64,000 nt of DNA from Candidatus Poseidoniaceae archaeon (GCA_965659685.1 CBFHXB010000002.1:71903-135902); one strand, 5' to 3'; positions 7,672 to 17,145 are shown, counted from the stretch's first letter. The notes: a model not told the origin generated them from the sequence alone. A program made the numbers and translations.

Positions 7672-10600
7672 ATGGCCCCGAGAGGACGCTATGCAGCAGT
7701 GCTGCTGGTGCTTCTCATGGTCTCCATGCCGTGGGCGCCTGCAGCGCCTGCAACGCTGACCATGAACGAGCCGAGCACCACCCTCGGTACAGCGTCCACG
7801 ATCGTCATCGGTGGAGCCAACGGCGGACATGACGACCGCGTCGAGGTCGAGGTGGACGACGGCCGTTCCATCGCACGCGTCGACCTCACGCTCGAATCCG
7901 CAGCCCTTGGTCGAAGCACGGGAGCGGCCCTCACCGGCGCCTCAGATTTCGACGCACCCGGAGCCGTCTACGATGGCATGGACGTCAACGGCAGCGCCCT
8001 CACCATCCTTCCTGACGGTGCGTTTTGGGACTTTGAAGACCCCAACCACGGCTGGACGCTCGGTGGAACCAACGTCTGGAAACATGGGTTCGACAGCACC
8101 CTCGGATCCACGGCTGGCGTTTCGTCGGGCCAAAACGCCCTCTACACCTACGACGGAAATTATCCCTACATGTCAACGACGTACTGGGCGACATCCCCTG
8201 ACCTTCCTTGCAATGGTTGTGCAGGTTCGTGGGAATTGAGTTTCATGCGTCGTCTCGGCATTGAATCAAGTTCTTGGGACCACGTGTACGTTCAGGTCAA
8301 AAACGCCCAAGGGAATTGGGTCCAGGTCTGGACGAATTCCGGAACCATCAACGAGAATTCCTTCTCGCAACAATCCTATGACATTTCGACGCATGTTGCG
8401 TCCAATCCCAACTTTGCCGTTCGTTTTGGGCTCGGTACGACGGACTATTCGGTTCATTACACGGGTTGGAACATCGACGATGTGCGCATCCAGCCCAGCG
8501 GCGGCGTCACTGGGACAGGCGAAGGAACGTGGACTTCAGCGCCCTTTGGCCCAGACGTTGACGGGGCTCCGCATGCAAGGTTGACCCTCGACGCCAATGT
8601 GCCAAGCGGTGCGGTGTTGGAGGCGACGGTGATCGACGCGTTGACCGGCACGGCCGTTCCGGGGTACACCAACTTGGACGTCACGACGGTTGATTTGGGC
8701 GCCATCGACGCCGCAGAACGTCCCCTGCTCAGGCTTCAACTTCACTTTGAGGAGGGTTCGGAAGGTGCACCGGCCGTGGGCAGCATCGCCTACGGAGGAC
8801 GGTTGTTGCACGAACTTGAGGTCATGCCACTGGCCATGTGGACGGATCCGTCTGGAAACGAACCCGCCGACGCGGGGACCTTCAGCACCAGCGCTGGAGC
8901 CTTCGTGGCGGCGACCACCCTGACGAGTCCCGTCACCACGCACCGTTCGGGCATCGGAGCGGTTCGGAATTCCTGCGATTTGACCGATGGGATCCTCGAA
9001 CTTCGCCTCGACGGTGGAGCATGGACCGAGATTCAAGACGGCGGGGGCCTCATCGTTTTCGAGGCCATCGCCCACACCGCTGAACTCCGCATTCGGACGG
9101 CGGCAGGCAGCAACGCGTGGACGTTGAAGCATTTCGAAGTGGACCTTCTTCCGTCTCCCGCGCCGTCAGGTGCCATGGTGGACATCGGTGCCGACGGCAC
9201 CGGTGAATGGGGCTTGGTCGAGGCAGCCCATGGGCGGCTCGGTCTGCAAGATCGCTTGACCAACGGCGCACAATGGATGGAAGCCAACATGATCGGGGGC
9301 GCCGATGTGGTCGTTCCCTTCCTGCTGCCGGCCGACGGTGTCGAGGCGCTCTCCCTTGTGGTTGACGTGCTGTCCAGCGACACCAACCTCCTCAACATGG
9401 AACTCCGGATGGACGGGAACACGGTCGTGCAACCCTTTGATGTACGGCCCTTTGTGGACGAAGCGGAAGTCCACCTTTCCTCGACGGACCTTGCCACGCT
9501 CAACGCCGCCCTCAGCGGACAGAGGGACGCGGGGCCAAGCGGGTTGGATTTTGTCGAAGTTCAAGCCGTGTTCTCAGGTCCAACCAGCGCCAACCTTGTG
9601 TTGGTCGCCGGCGGTCTCTTCGCGCCATACTCGGGCGTGATGTCGACTTCTTTGGTTCCAGGACATCCGCTTGTGGTGGCTTTGAACGGGGCGCTTGGTG
9701 AAGCCATGCCAATGAACGGCGTCCGGCGTGTCTCCCTTCCAGTCGCCCTCTCCGCACCCGGTGCCGTTCAATTCACGGTCGACGACCTTCGAACCACCGC
9801 ATCGGTGGAGGTGGTCGGCTTGTCCATGACGCCCGATGTGGACACCCTGGTCCCCGGAGAGGACTGGTACCGGTTCAACGCGAGCTTTGACGCAACACGT
9901 CTGGGAACCACCACCTTTGCTAACGACATGCGAACGCAAGGTTGGGACGTTCGTATGGTGCTTCACGCCCCGGGTGGAGCGGCGGAAGTGACCTGCTCGG
10001 TCGGTGCTCTGCCCCTGACGGGAGACGAATTGAACGGCTGCAGCGACACCGGTCAAGCCCTGATCTGGAGCAACGGCGACGAAGAGGGTCATCTGACGCT
10101 CGGCGGATCTGGTGCACTCGCTTGGGTGGACGTGGCCTTCCAAATTCCTGTGGCGTGGGCCGATGAGCCAAGCGCCGTTTTCTCGATTTCACTCGTGTCA
10201 CCCGCTGGCCCGATGCTCCCTGCTTCCCGTACCTTCGGGGCTGGCGCAGCCATGGGCATCGAACCGGACGTCGGACTCGAAGATTGGTGGATCGAGACCT
10301 CCAGCGGCTACCGTGCGCATCCGAGCGAACCATGGCTTGCGCCCGGTGACGTCGGTACCATTCACATTCAGGTCGGTTTCGAAGACCTGCCGGATGCGGC
10401 CCGTCCTCGAAGCGGTGACGTCCTCGTTCGTGCGCGTCTCAATGGCGTCGACATTGGGACCACTTCGTCCTTGAACGCTGGACATGCGTCCTTCCCCTTC
10501 ACGGCACCGAGTTTCGTACCTGAGGTGGAAGTGCGGATCGACATCGAGCCGCTCAAGGGTCAAGATCGGGCCGACGCGGTCGACTCGTCCACGACCTTCG

Positions 10601-12573
10601 GGCTTGACGGCGTCGCACCCCTGCTGTTGTCCTCGTCGACCGATGCAACCGCTCACTTGAGCGCTGACGAACATCACGAGCACAGCCTCCTCATCGGTGA
10701 CCGCCCCCGCCTTCCTTCGAGCGGTGACGTCCACCTCTGGCGTTCATGGGTGGACGACCTCAACGGCAACGGGGTCATCGATGCCGACGAAGCCAAGCTC
10801 AGGAAGGTCAGCGTGCCGGCCAATTTGACCGACCTTCAGGGGACCTACGCCTTTTCCCTCGACGCATCCCGTGCACCGCAGGACGGATGGTACGCCTTCT
10901 GGTACGGCATTGCCGACCAAGCGGGCAACGTCCTGCTCGACGTAGGAAACCGTTCGTCCCCCATGTCCATCGTGCAGGTCAATTCTGACGCGGCTCCTTC
11001 GGTCGGCAACGATGCTTCCGCATCGTGGTCCGTGTCCTCGCCTGCTTGGCTTCACCCAAGCGAAACGGTCACCCTCTCCGTGCCGTTGGGTGATGGAAAC
11101 GGTTTGCAAGACTTGGCCGAGGTGACGATCGATTTGGACCTTGAGCGGGACGACGGTTTGGTCGTGACCTGGACCGCCGAGGACGGTTGCAGCGAAAACC
11201 ATCCTTTCCTTACGGTCCTCGATTGCAGGATGGAGGGTTCGCCCTCCGCGTTGACGCCCTTCAGCGAACAAGGCTTCCTGCGCGTTGACCTGCACCTCGA
11301 TTGGGGCTTTGACCCAAGCACGACGGCAAGAACGCCTTCGGTCACGGTCGAGGACCGTGGCGGCCAATTCTCCTCCGATCGCCTCGATGGATTGCGGTGG
11401 AGGGCCTCCAGCGAATTTGTGCTTGACCCAACCTCGGTGGTCGTTCAACTGGAGGGGGCCGTGCTTGGTGAGGCTCAGGCCCAACTTCGCCCCGGTGCAG
11501 AACTCCAGGTGTCGTCCTCCTTTGCTTGGGCTCGCTCGGGTCGGACGGTGCTCCATCCCCTGCATGTGGAAGCCTCGCTTGGTTCTGAAGTGCAGAACGG
11601 CAACACCTCCGACGGTTCCTTCAACCTCACCCTCGAAGTGCCCGACGAAGCAGGGAGCCAAGGTCTTCTGATTCGTGTGTTGGAGGCACCGGACGGTGCG
11701 GTTCACCGCGGAGCCGACGACGTGGTTCGACGCTTCATGGTCGACACCGAACCGCCGCGTGTCAAGGCGCTCACCTCACCCGCACTCGGTGCTCCGCTTC
11801 CGGAGTCCGATTGGGGGGCGTTGACCGTTGACGTCCGCATGGACGAGGACATTGGTCTTGGACAGGTGAAGCTTGGATGGCGCGTTATGGTCAGCGGTTT
11901 CGGTCTGGCGGGAGAGGTGCTCGGCGAGGGCGTTGAACCGATGACGCTCCGTGGTGCGCGCACCAGCGGCGAAGATTTGCCCCTCCGCGCCGTGCTGGAT
12001 CTCGACGCTGCCCTCGCAGAAGACGTGCGTACCCAGCGGCTCGAATTGCGGGTTTGGGTCCTTGGTGAGGACCAATCGGGCCAGCCAGTGGACACGCTTG
12101 GAAATTCACTGGCGGACCCCCTGGCCGTTTGGTTGCTTGAGCAACGTGTGGCTGAGGTCGTCTTCGACGGCGAGCCGGACGAGACCCTCGTGAATCCCGT
12201 CAAAGGTGGCGAATTGGTGTGGTCCTACAGCATCGTCAACCTTGGTCGAGGCCCGGGTGACGTTCAGATCATCGTCGAAGTCGTCGAAGCGGACGGTGGG
12301 CGTACGCGCCTCGACGCGCGTTCCATCAACATCGAAGCCGGGGCGAACGCCGTCCAAAACGGGAGCTGGGTCCCACTCGATGAAGGGCCGGTCCGCTTCG
12401 AATACATCATCGTGGACGGCACGACGCACGTCGGCGACACGCTCCTGATTGGCGCTTCTCAGGGCCAGGGCCTCTTTGGTGGCCCTGCGGGCGGGGTGGG
12501 CAGCATCCTGATTTTGGTCATCGTATCCCTCGTCGGCTTCGTTGCCTACCGTCTCTCCAAGGAACGCTCCTGA
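7672..12573 (+). CDS. Giant secreted, C-terminally anchored surface protein (1633 aa)
   Basis: Signal-like N-terminus MAPRGRYAAVLLVLLMVSMPWAPAAPA. GGTGGTGA lies 3 nt upstream of the ATG. A MAM / choice-of-anchor-J-like module ends in GWNIDDVRI. The extreme C-terminus is GGPAGGVGSILILVIVSLVGFVAYRLSKERS*. Confidence 0.85.
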   Translation: MAPRGRYAAVLLVLLMVSMPWAPAAPATLTMNEPSTTLGTASTIVIGGANGGHDDRVEVEVDDGRSIARVDLTLESAALGRSTGAALTGASDFDAPGAVYDGMDVNGSALTILPDGAFWDFEDPNHGWTLGGTNVWKHGFDSTLGSTAGVSSGQNALYTYDGNYPYMSTTYWATSPDLPCNGCAGSWELSFMRRLGIESSSWDHVYVQVKNAQGNWVQVWTNSGTINENSFSQQSYDISTHVASNPNFAVRFGLGTTDYSVHYTGWNIDDVRIQPSGGVTGTGEGTWTSAPFGPDVDGAPHARLTLDANVPSGAVLEATVIDALTGTAVPGYTNLDVTTVDLGAIDAAERPLLRLQLHFEEGSEGAPAVGSIAYGGRLLHELEVMPLAMWTDPSGNEPADAGTFSTSAGAFVAATTLTSPVTTHRSGIGAVRNSCDLTDGILELRLDGGAWTEIQDGGGLIVFEAIAHTAELRIRTAAGSNAWTLKHFEVDLLPSPAPSGAMVDIGADGTGEWGLVEAAHGRLGLQDRLTNGAQWMEANMIGGADVVVPFLLPADGVEALSLVVDVLSSDTNLLNMELRMDGNTVVQPFDVRPFVDEAEVHLSSTDLATLNAALSGQRDAGPSGLDFVEVQAVFSGPTSANLVLVAGGLFAPYSGVMSTSLVPGHPLVVALNGALGEAMPMNGVRRVSLPVALSAPGAVQFTVDDLRTTASVEVVGLSMTPDVDTLVPGEDWYRFNASFDATRLGTTTFANDMRTQGWDVRMVLHAPGGAAEVTCSVGALPLTGDELNGCSDTGQALIWSNGDEEGHLTLGGSGALAWVDVAFQIPVAWADEPSAVFSISLVSPAGPMLPASRTFGAGAAMGIEPDVGLEDWWIETSSGYRAHPSEPWLAPGDVGTIHIQVGFEDLPDAARPRSGDVLVRARLNGVDIGTTSSLNAGHASFPFTAPSFVPEVEVRIDIEPLKGQDRADAVDSSTTFGLDGVAPLLLSSSTDATAHLSADEHHEHSLLIGDRPRLPSSGDVHLWRSWVDDLNGNGVIDADEAKLRKVSVPANLTDLQGTYAFSLDASRAPQDGWYAFWYGIADQAGNVLLDVGNRSSPMSIVQVNSDAAPSVGNDASASWSVSSPAWLHPSETVTLSVPLGDGNGLQDLAEVTIDLDLERDDGLVVTWTAEDGCSENHPFLTVLDCRMEGSPSALTPFSEQGFLRVDLHLDWGFDPSTTARTPSVTVEDRGGQFSSDRLDGLRWRASSEFVLDPTSVVVQLEGAVLGEAQAQLRPGAELQVSSSFAWARSGRTVLHPLHVEASLGSEVQNGNTSDGSFNLTLEVPDEAGSQGLLIRVLEAPDGAVHRGADDVVRRFMVDTEPPRVKALTSPALGAPLPESDWGALTVDVRMDEDIGLGQVKLGWRVMVSGFGLAGEVLGEGVEPMTLRGARTSGEDLPLRAVLDLDAALAEDVRTQRLELRVWVLGEDQSGQPVDTLGNSLADPLAVWLLEQRVAEVVFDGEPDETLVNPVKGGELVWSYSIVNLGRGPGDVQIIVEVVEADGGRTRLDARSINIEAGANAVQNGSWVPLDEGPVRFEYIIVDGTTHVGDTLLIGASQGQGLFGGPAGGVGSILILVIVSLVGFVAYRLSKERS

Positions 12574-12611
12574 AGGGATGCGTTCAAGTGGAACGCAACA
12601 CCACCGCGGCC

Positions 12612-12917
12612 CGGAGGGAGTGGGAGGACTGCTGACAGAGCCAGACTCTGAGGAAAGTCCCCTCTCCACGGTGCACATGGGCCGCACAAGCGGCAGACCG
12701 GAGACGGTCAGGTCAATGCAGCAGAAACGAACGATGCGTGGTGAACGATGATGTCGAAGGACGGAGGTTTCCACGTGGTCGATGAGACGAGCAACCCCAT
12801 GGGAGCAAGCCCAGACAGCCCTGACGACGCGGCACGCCGAGGGGCGGGTAGGGTGCACAGTTGAATGCAGTCACCGTTTTACGGGAACAGAAAGGGGCTT
12901 ACTCCCCGCTCCCTCCG
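12612..12917 (+). ncRNA. rnpB: RNase P RNA (archaeal type)
   Basis: GAGGAAAGTCC (CR-I / P4 5' strand) lies near 12650. ACAGAAAGGGGCTTAC (CR-V) lies near 12885. GGGTAGGGTGCACAG is also present. The terminal P1 helix pairs CGGAGGGAG (12612-12620) with CTCCCTCCG (12909-12917). No credible ORF covers the region. Confidence 0.8.
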
Positions 12918-12919
12918 CC

Positions 12920-15778
12920 TCATTCCAAGACGGCATCGATGGCCGTCATGTGTTCCGAGGTGACCACCCCTTCACCGAAATCCACGGCGCGTTTTCGGTG
13001 ACGAACAAGCGAGACGATGTCCCGTTCGCCGGCCAACAGGGCGGGAAGCAGGAAGCAACTTGTCAGGAAGGCGGCGGCGATGAGGGCCGCCATGATGCCA
13101 AAGAAATTCTCGAGCCCTGGGAAGGCGGCAAGGAAGCCCGCTGAAATGCCGGCGATGGTCGTGATGGAGGTCTCGAAAATCGTGTGGCCGGTGGATTCGA
13201 TGGACGTTGCCAAGCCTGTCGGCGTCTCCCCTTCTTCCTGAATGCGGTGCATCATGTGAATGGCATCGTCGACACCGATGCCGAAGACGATGGTGCCGAT
13301 CATCGCGGTGAAGATGTTGACGTTCACGTCACCGCTGCGCATCATCAGCGGTTGCCAGAGGATGACCACGGCCACGGGGACCATCGTGTAGAGGCCGATG
13401 CGTGGGCTCCTGAACATGAGCATCAGGAACAAGGTCAACACCAGCATCGTCAGAATGGTGGTGCGCGATTGTGTCTCGTGGATGCCTTGGTTGATGTCAA
13501 GGGACACCGGCAGACCTCCGGTCAAGCGTGAAGAGCGTGTGTTCTGGAGGAGGTTGTCCTCGGAAAGAACGCCGTCGATTTCGTCCCGGAGCACCTCGGC
13601 GTCGTTGAGGTTCATGTACGGTTGATCGACGTACACCAGTGCTTTCGTCCCCGCTTCATTCAGCAGCATCGACCGCACTTCGGGACTGAGGGTGTCGAAC
13701 ACCACGCTGACCATGTCACGACGCAATCCTTCCCTTCCGTCAGGACCCGATGCGTCGAGGGTGATCCACAGGTGACACTCAAGCGGATCGTTGGAGTCCC
13801 AACACGGCTCGTGCAAAAGGTCCCAGAGGCTTCCCTCGTACAGCGTCACGCCCTCGGTCAATTCAACGGTGACCGGGATGGACTTCAGGAAGAGCACGAT
13901 GCTGGTGGTGTTGGTGGCTTCGACCTGCGAAACGATGGCCTCAATGCGGTCGATTTCGTCGAGCACAGGAATGTCGCGGATGTTGTCCGTGCCGTTGTCG
14001 TTGCTCCGTGTGGTGGCGTCGAAGACGAACAAGGAGGTCTGACCTGAATCAAATTGGTAGGAATAGGTCGCCAACGCCTCGAGCGATGCGATGTCATCGG
14101 GTGCCTCGCTGCTCCCCGTGATTGGCTCGGAGAGGGCGTCGAGGTTGATCACGCCCACGACGGTGACCAAGAGGGCCACGGCGACGACGGCGTACCAATG
14201 CTTGACCGGGGCCTTCCCCACTTGGCCCCATGCTGATGGCGTCGATTTCCGGCTGTAGCGCAACAACCAGGCCAAAGTCGGGACAAGCAAGAGGCTGAAA
14301 ATCAGGGTGGAGATGATGCCGAGGACCAAGGTCACGCCCACGGAACGAATGGGGGTCACGGCCACGATTTGGGGCACCATCAAGACGGAGAAACCGATGA
14401 CGGTGGTCACAGCTGACAGGAGGACGGCGAGCCCCGTGGACCGGGTCATTTCCAGCACGCAGGTTCGGTACAGTTCCATGTCCCAGAGGTCTGGTACAGG
14501 GTGCTCGTCCTCCCCACGTCGACGTCGCAGCATGTTGTCGCTGTGCGCCGTGTCGATGTGATGCCGTCTTCGTTCTTCGACACGGTTGACCATGTGCAAG
14601 GCATAATCGACGCCGAGTCCAATGAGGATGGGGAAGGTGGCGACGATCATCGGCGTGAGGGTCAGGTCGAGCAGGACCGTGCTTCCAAAGGTCACGGCGA
14701 GGGCCATCAGAATGGGCAAACCGGTGATGACGACGACTTTGGCAGAGCGGTGCAACCAAGTGATCACCCCGATGGTGAACAGGAGGGAGTAGGGAAGCAT
14801 CTTCAGCAGGTCGTTGTAAATCTCCGTGCTGATGTCCTCGAGGACCTTGGTGAGGCCGGTCACGGTCATGTCGGTGTTGCTCAATTCTGAGGGGCGGTCG
14901 TCAATGACGTTCTGAATGTGGGCAAGCAATTCCGAGAAGTCTTCGAAATCCGTCCGGTTGAGGTCGTGGTTGAGGCCGATGACGATGGCCGCAGTGTCCC
15001 ACACACCGTCACCGTCGAGGTCGTTGGTCGGGTCGCCGTCGTTGTCGCTGTCCACGGTCGGGTCGAGGTCGTTGGTGTCCCGGACCATCGCGGTAAAGGC
15101 CCCACCAAGGTTGTCGACCAAGGTGTCGATGCGGTCTTGGTCTGGGATGGCGTATGCTCCGCCTCCGGGAACGTCGCAATCGAAACTTACCGGAATGCGG
15201 GACTGCAAGCCGTTCTTGCACATCGAGTTGTTGAACCGACCGTCAGCTGAGTTGGCTTCTTTGATGAGTTGGGCCGGTGAGAGGATCCACAGAATGCCGT
15301 CCTCTCGTCCACGGTCGTCCTTGTTCCAGTCAATGCCCCGGCTCGTGGCTCCGGCATTGGCGTTTTCATCGTCGCCTTCAACCCATGAAATCTCCCTGAG
15401 GATGGCCTCGTCGGAGATGTTGTCCCCCAGACCCTGCCCTAGGGCAGCGTTGTCGGTTCGTATGTAGACGATGGCGATGTCCGTGGACCACTCTTCACGC
15501 ACCTCGAGTAGGAGGTCGGTGGACTCGGCATCGTCCGGGAGGAAGATTTCGACGTCGTCGTCGATTTGGTCTTGGAAGGACATGCCCACCTGACCCAGCA
15601 TGCCCGCCACAATGAGGCACACGACCACGACCATACGCGGCGAGGTGAGCGCGGCGGTGTACATCCCCTCGAACCCACGTTCCATACGTTCCTTGGCCAG
15701 GTTCGCGAGGCGGTCGCCGAGATCACGGACGCTCTTCAGGGCGGCAAGGGTCTCCGACCGGAGGTCCTCATCCACCAT
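12920..15778 (-). CDS. RND-superfamily exporter, HAE3/MMPL-like (952 aa)
   Basis: The architecture is duplicated: TM1, a large hydrophilic loop, then a 5-TM bundle, twice. The signature GLGVDYALHMVNR occurs in the first bundle and GIGVDDAIHMMHR in the second. Confidence 0.85.
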   Translation of the reverse strand: MVDEDLRSETLAALKSVRDLGDRLANLAKERMERGFEGMYTAALTSPRMVVVVCLIVAGMLGQVGMSFQDQIDDDVEIFLPDDAESTDLLLEVREEWSTDIAIVYIRTDNAALGQGLGDNISDEAILREISWVEGDDENANAGATSRGIDWNKDDRGREDGILWILSPAQLIKEANSADGRFNNSMCKNGLQSRIPVSFDCDVPGGGAYAIPDQDRIDTLVDNLGGAFTAMVRDTNDLDPTVDSDNDGDPTNDLDGDGVWDTAAIVIGLNHDLNRTDFEDFSELLAHIQNVIDDRPSELSNTDMTVTGLTKVLEDISTEIYNDLLKMLPYSLLFTIGVITWLHRSAKVVVITGLPILMALAVTFGSTVLLDLTLTPMIVATFPILIGLGVDYALHMVNRVEERRRHHIDTAHSDNMLRRRRGEDEHPVPDLWDMELYRTCVLEMTRSTGLAVLLSAVTTVIGFSVLMVPQIVAVTPIRSVGVTLVLGIISTLIFSLLLVPTLAWLLRYSRKSTPSAWGQVGKAPVKHWYAVVAVALLVTVVGVINLDALSEPITGSSEAPDDIASLEALATYSYQFDSGQTSLFVFDATTRSNDNGTDNIRDIPVLDEIDRIEAIVSQVEATNTTSIVLFLKSIPVTVELTEGVTLYEGSLWDLLHEPCWDSNDPLECHLWITLDASGPDGREGLRRDMVSVVFDTLSPEVRSMLLNEAGTKALVYVDQPYMNLNDAEVLRDEIDGVLSEDNLLQNTRSSRLTGGLPVSLDINQGIHETQSRTTILTMLVLTLFLMLMFRSPRIGLYTMVPVAVVILWQPLMMRSGDVNVNIFTAMIGTIVFGIGVDDAIHMMHRIQEEGETPTGLATSIESTGHTIFETSITTIAGISAGFLAAFPGLENFFGIMAALIAAAFLTSCFLLPALLAGERDIVSLVRHRKRAVDFGEGVVTSEHMTAIDAVLE

Positions 15779-15824
15779 GCACCGGGATTGTGCCCCGGGT
15801 TTTGGACCTACGCCCTGCGCCGAT

Positions 15825-16757
15825 TCAATCGATGCCGAAGTGTTCGACGATCAGGTGGCGCAGGAGGCTGCGCACACCTTGGAGCACCAAGCCGGCCGCC
15901 ATCAGGCTGAGGCCGAGGACGCCCACCCAAATGGCGGTCAGTCCATCGCCAAGGAAGGTGTCGAGGGTGCTGGTGACGTTCTGTGCCACGTTCAGCCCCA
16001 TGGCCGCTCCAGTGGCAAAGAGGCCCATGCCTGGGAGGCCAAGCACGAGAAGTGGCTTCTTCTGGGAGAGGGAGATGATGGCCCAGGACAACACGGTGAA
16101 ACCATGGGACACTGCGGTGTAGTTGGACCCCTTGGGGACGTCGTAGCGAATGACGGTGGGGATTTCTTTGACGTGAAGTTGCTTCTCTTGGGCGTCTTCG
16201 AGCATCTCCAAGGAGAGCTCCATGCCTTCGGCGTCAAATCGCAGGCGATCCAATGCCCGTGCAGAGAAGGCACGGAAACCAGACTGAGTGTCACGGATGC
16301 CGAGTTCGTTGCTCAGGTTCGAGGTTGCGGTGATGACGCGGATTCCAAGCCGACGGTAGGCCGGCATGTGGGTGCCGCCCCCTCCCTCCACGAAGCGGGA
16401 GCCGATGGTGAAATCTGCCGTCCTTTCCTTGATCGGGTCAAGGAGGCGTGGGATGTCGTTCGTGTCGTGCTGTCCGTCGCTGTCCAAGACCACGAGGGCG
16501 TCCACGTCCATTTGCCTGGCGTGCTTGAACAGGGTCTTCAGGGCGCCACCATAGCCCCGGTTCACCCGGTGTCGGATGACGGTCGCTCCACATGCTTCCG
16601 CAATACGGGCGCTGGCGTCCGAAGAGCCGTCGTCGATGCAAATGACCTCATCGACGTGCTCGAGCGCACGCATGACGACGGTACCGATGGTCTCCTCTTC
16701 GTTGAAGACCGGCATGCCCGCAATGACGCGGAACCGCTCAGAGCTGGGGTCTGCCAC
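15825..16757 (-). CDS. Family-2 glycosyltransferase (dolichyl-phosphate hexose synthase-like) with C-terminal TM hairpin
   Basis: Motifs MPVFNEEETIG, CIDDGSSDAS, DSDGQHD and NRGYGGALKT are present, with two C-terminal TM helices. The GTG start at 16757 lies 22 nt downstream of a TATA-like box. Confidence 0.85.
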   Translation of the reverse strand: MADPSSERFRVIAGMPVFNEEETIGTVVMRALEHVDEVICIDDGSSDASARIAEACGATVIRHRVNRGYGGALKTLFKHARQMDVDALVVLDSDGQHDTNDIPRLLDPIKERTADFTIGSRFVEGGGGTHMPAYRRLGIRVITATSNLSNELGIRDTQSGFRAFSARALDRLRFDAEGMELSLEMLEDAQEKQLHVKEIPTVIRYDVPKGSNYTAVSHGFTVLSWAIISLSQKKPLLVLGLPGMGLFATGAAMGLNVAQNVTSTLDTFLGDGLTAIWVGVLGLSLMAAGLVLQGVRSLLRHLIVEHFGID

Positions 16758-16779
16758 AAGGGAACGGCCCTCAAAGTCC

Positions 16780-16786
16780 TATTTAG
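16780..16786 (-). promoter_or_regulatory. TATA-like box (CTAAATA) upstream of the GT2 gene
   Basis: The minus strand reads GGACTAAATAGGACTTTGAGGGCCGTTCCCTT followed by GTG. The spacing implies a leaderless or near-leaderless mRNA. Confidence 0.45.
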
Positions 16787-16890
16787 TCCATATTGACGAA
16801 CATAGGCGTTCAGGGTTGGACGTCACCCCTGCCGCAGCAGGGGGACGTCGGGCGCGCCAGCGGGCGTATGCTGTTCAGAAACGAGCGGAT

Positions 16891-17145
16891 TCAATCGACC
16901 AGTTGGCTGATCGTGGTCACCGCGCGCTCACCCTCCAGGACCCGCTGCAAGGCGCGCAGCGAGATGACGAGGGGCGCGTAAGCCCGTCCGTCGCTGGTGG
17001 TGTAGGTGGAGCAGGCCTGAATGGCCTCGATGTCGATCGACACCTTGAGCGCCCCCCCGGCGCCGCTCCTTCGGACGTAACCGACCAGCATGCTGGTCGT
17101 GTCCTCTTCCTTCGTTTCGTTCGTGTTTTCCTTTGTCTTGGGCAT
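16891..17145 (-). CDS. Hypothetical 84-aa protein
   Basis: The ATG at 17145 is preceded by GGCGGAGGGAACAGG (a GGAGG Shine-Dalgarno). The sequence is MPKTKENTNETKEEDTTSMLVGYVRRSGAGGALKVSIDIEAIQ... No family is confidently recognised. Confidence 0.5.
   Translation of the reverse strand: MPKTKENTNETKEEDTTSMLVGYVRRSGAGGALKVSIDIEAIQACSTYTTSDGRAYAPLVISLRALQRVLEGERAVTTISQLVD

Noticed and set aside
12106-13144. ORFs 12106-12858 (minus), 12542-12751 (plus) and 12782-13144 (plus) across the 12.6-12.9 kb gap
   Set aside because: The gap is explained by an RNase P RNA with its universal conserved motifs. The ORFs also overlap the ends of well-supported flanking genes.
15600-16796. 398-aa plus-strand ORF spanning the RND/GT2 junction
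   Set aside because: It is antisense to two genes with clear family motifs, crosses their intergenic spacer, and has an Arg/His/Gly-rich composition.
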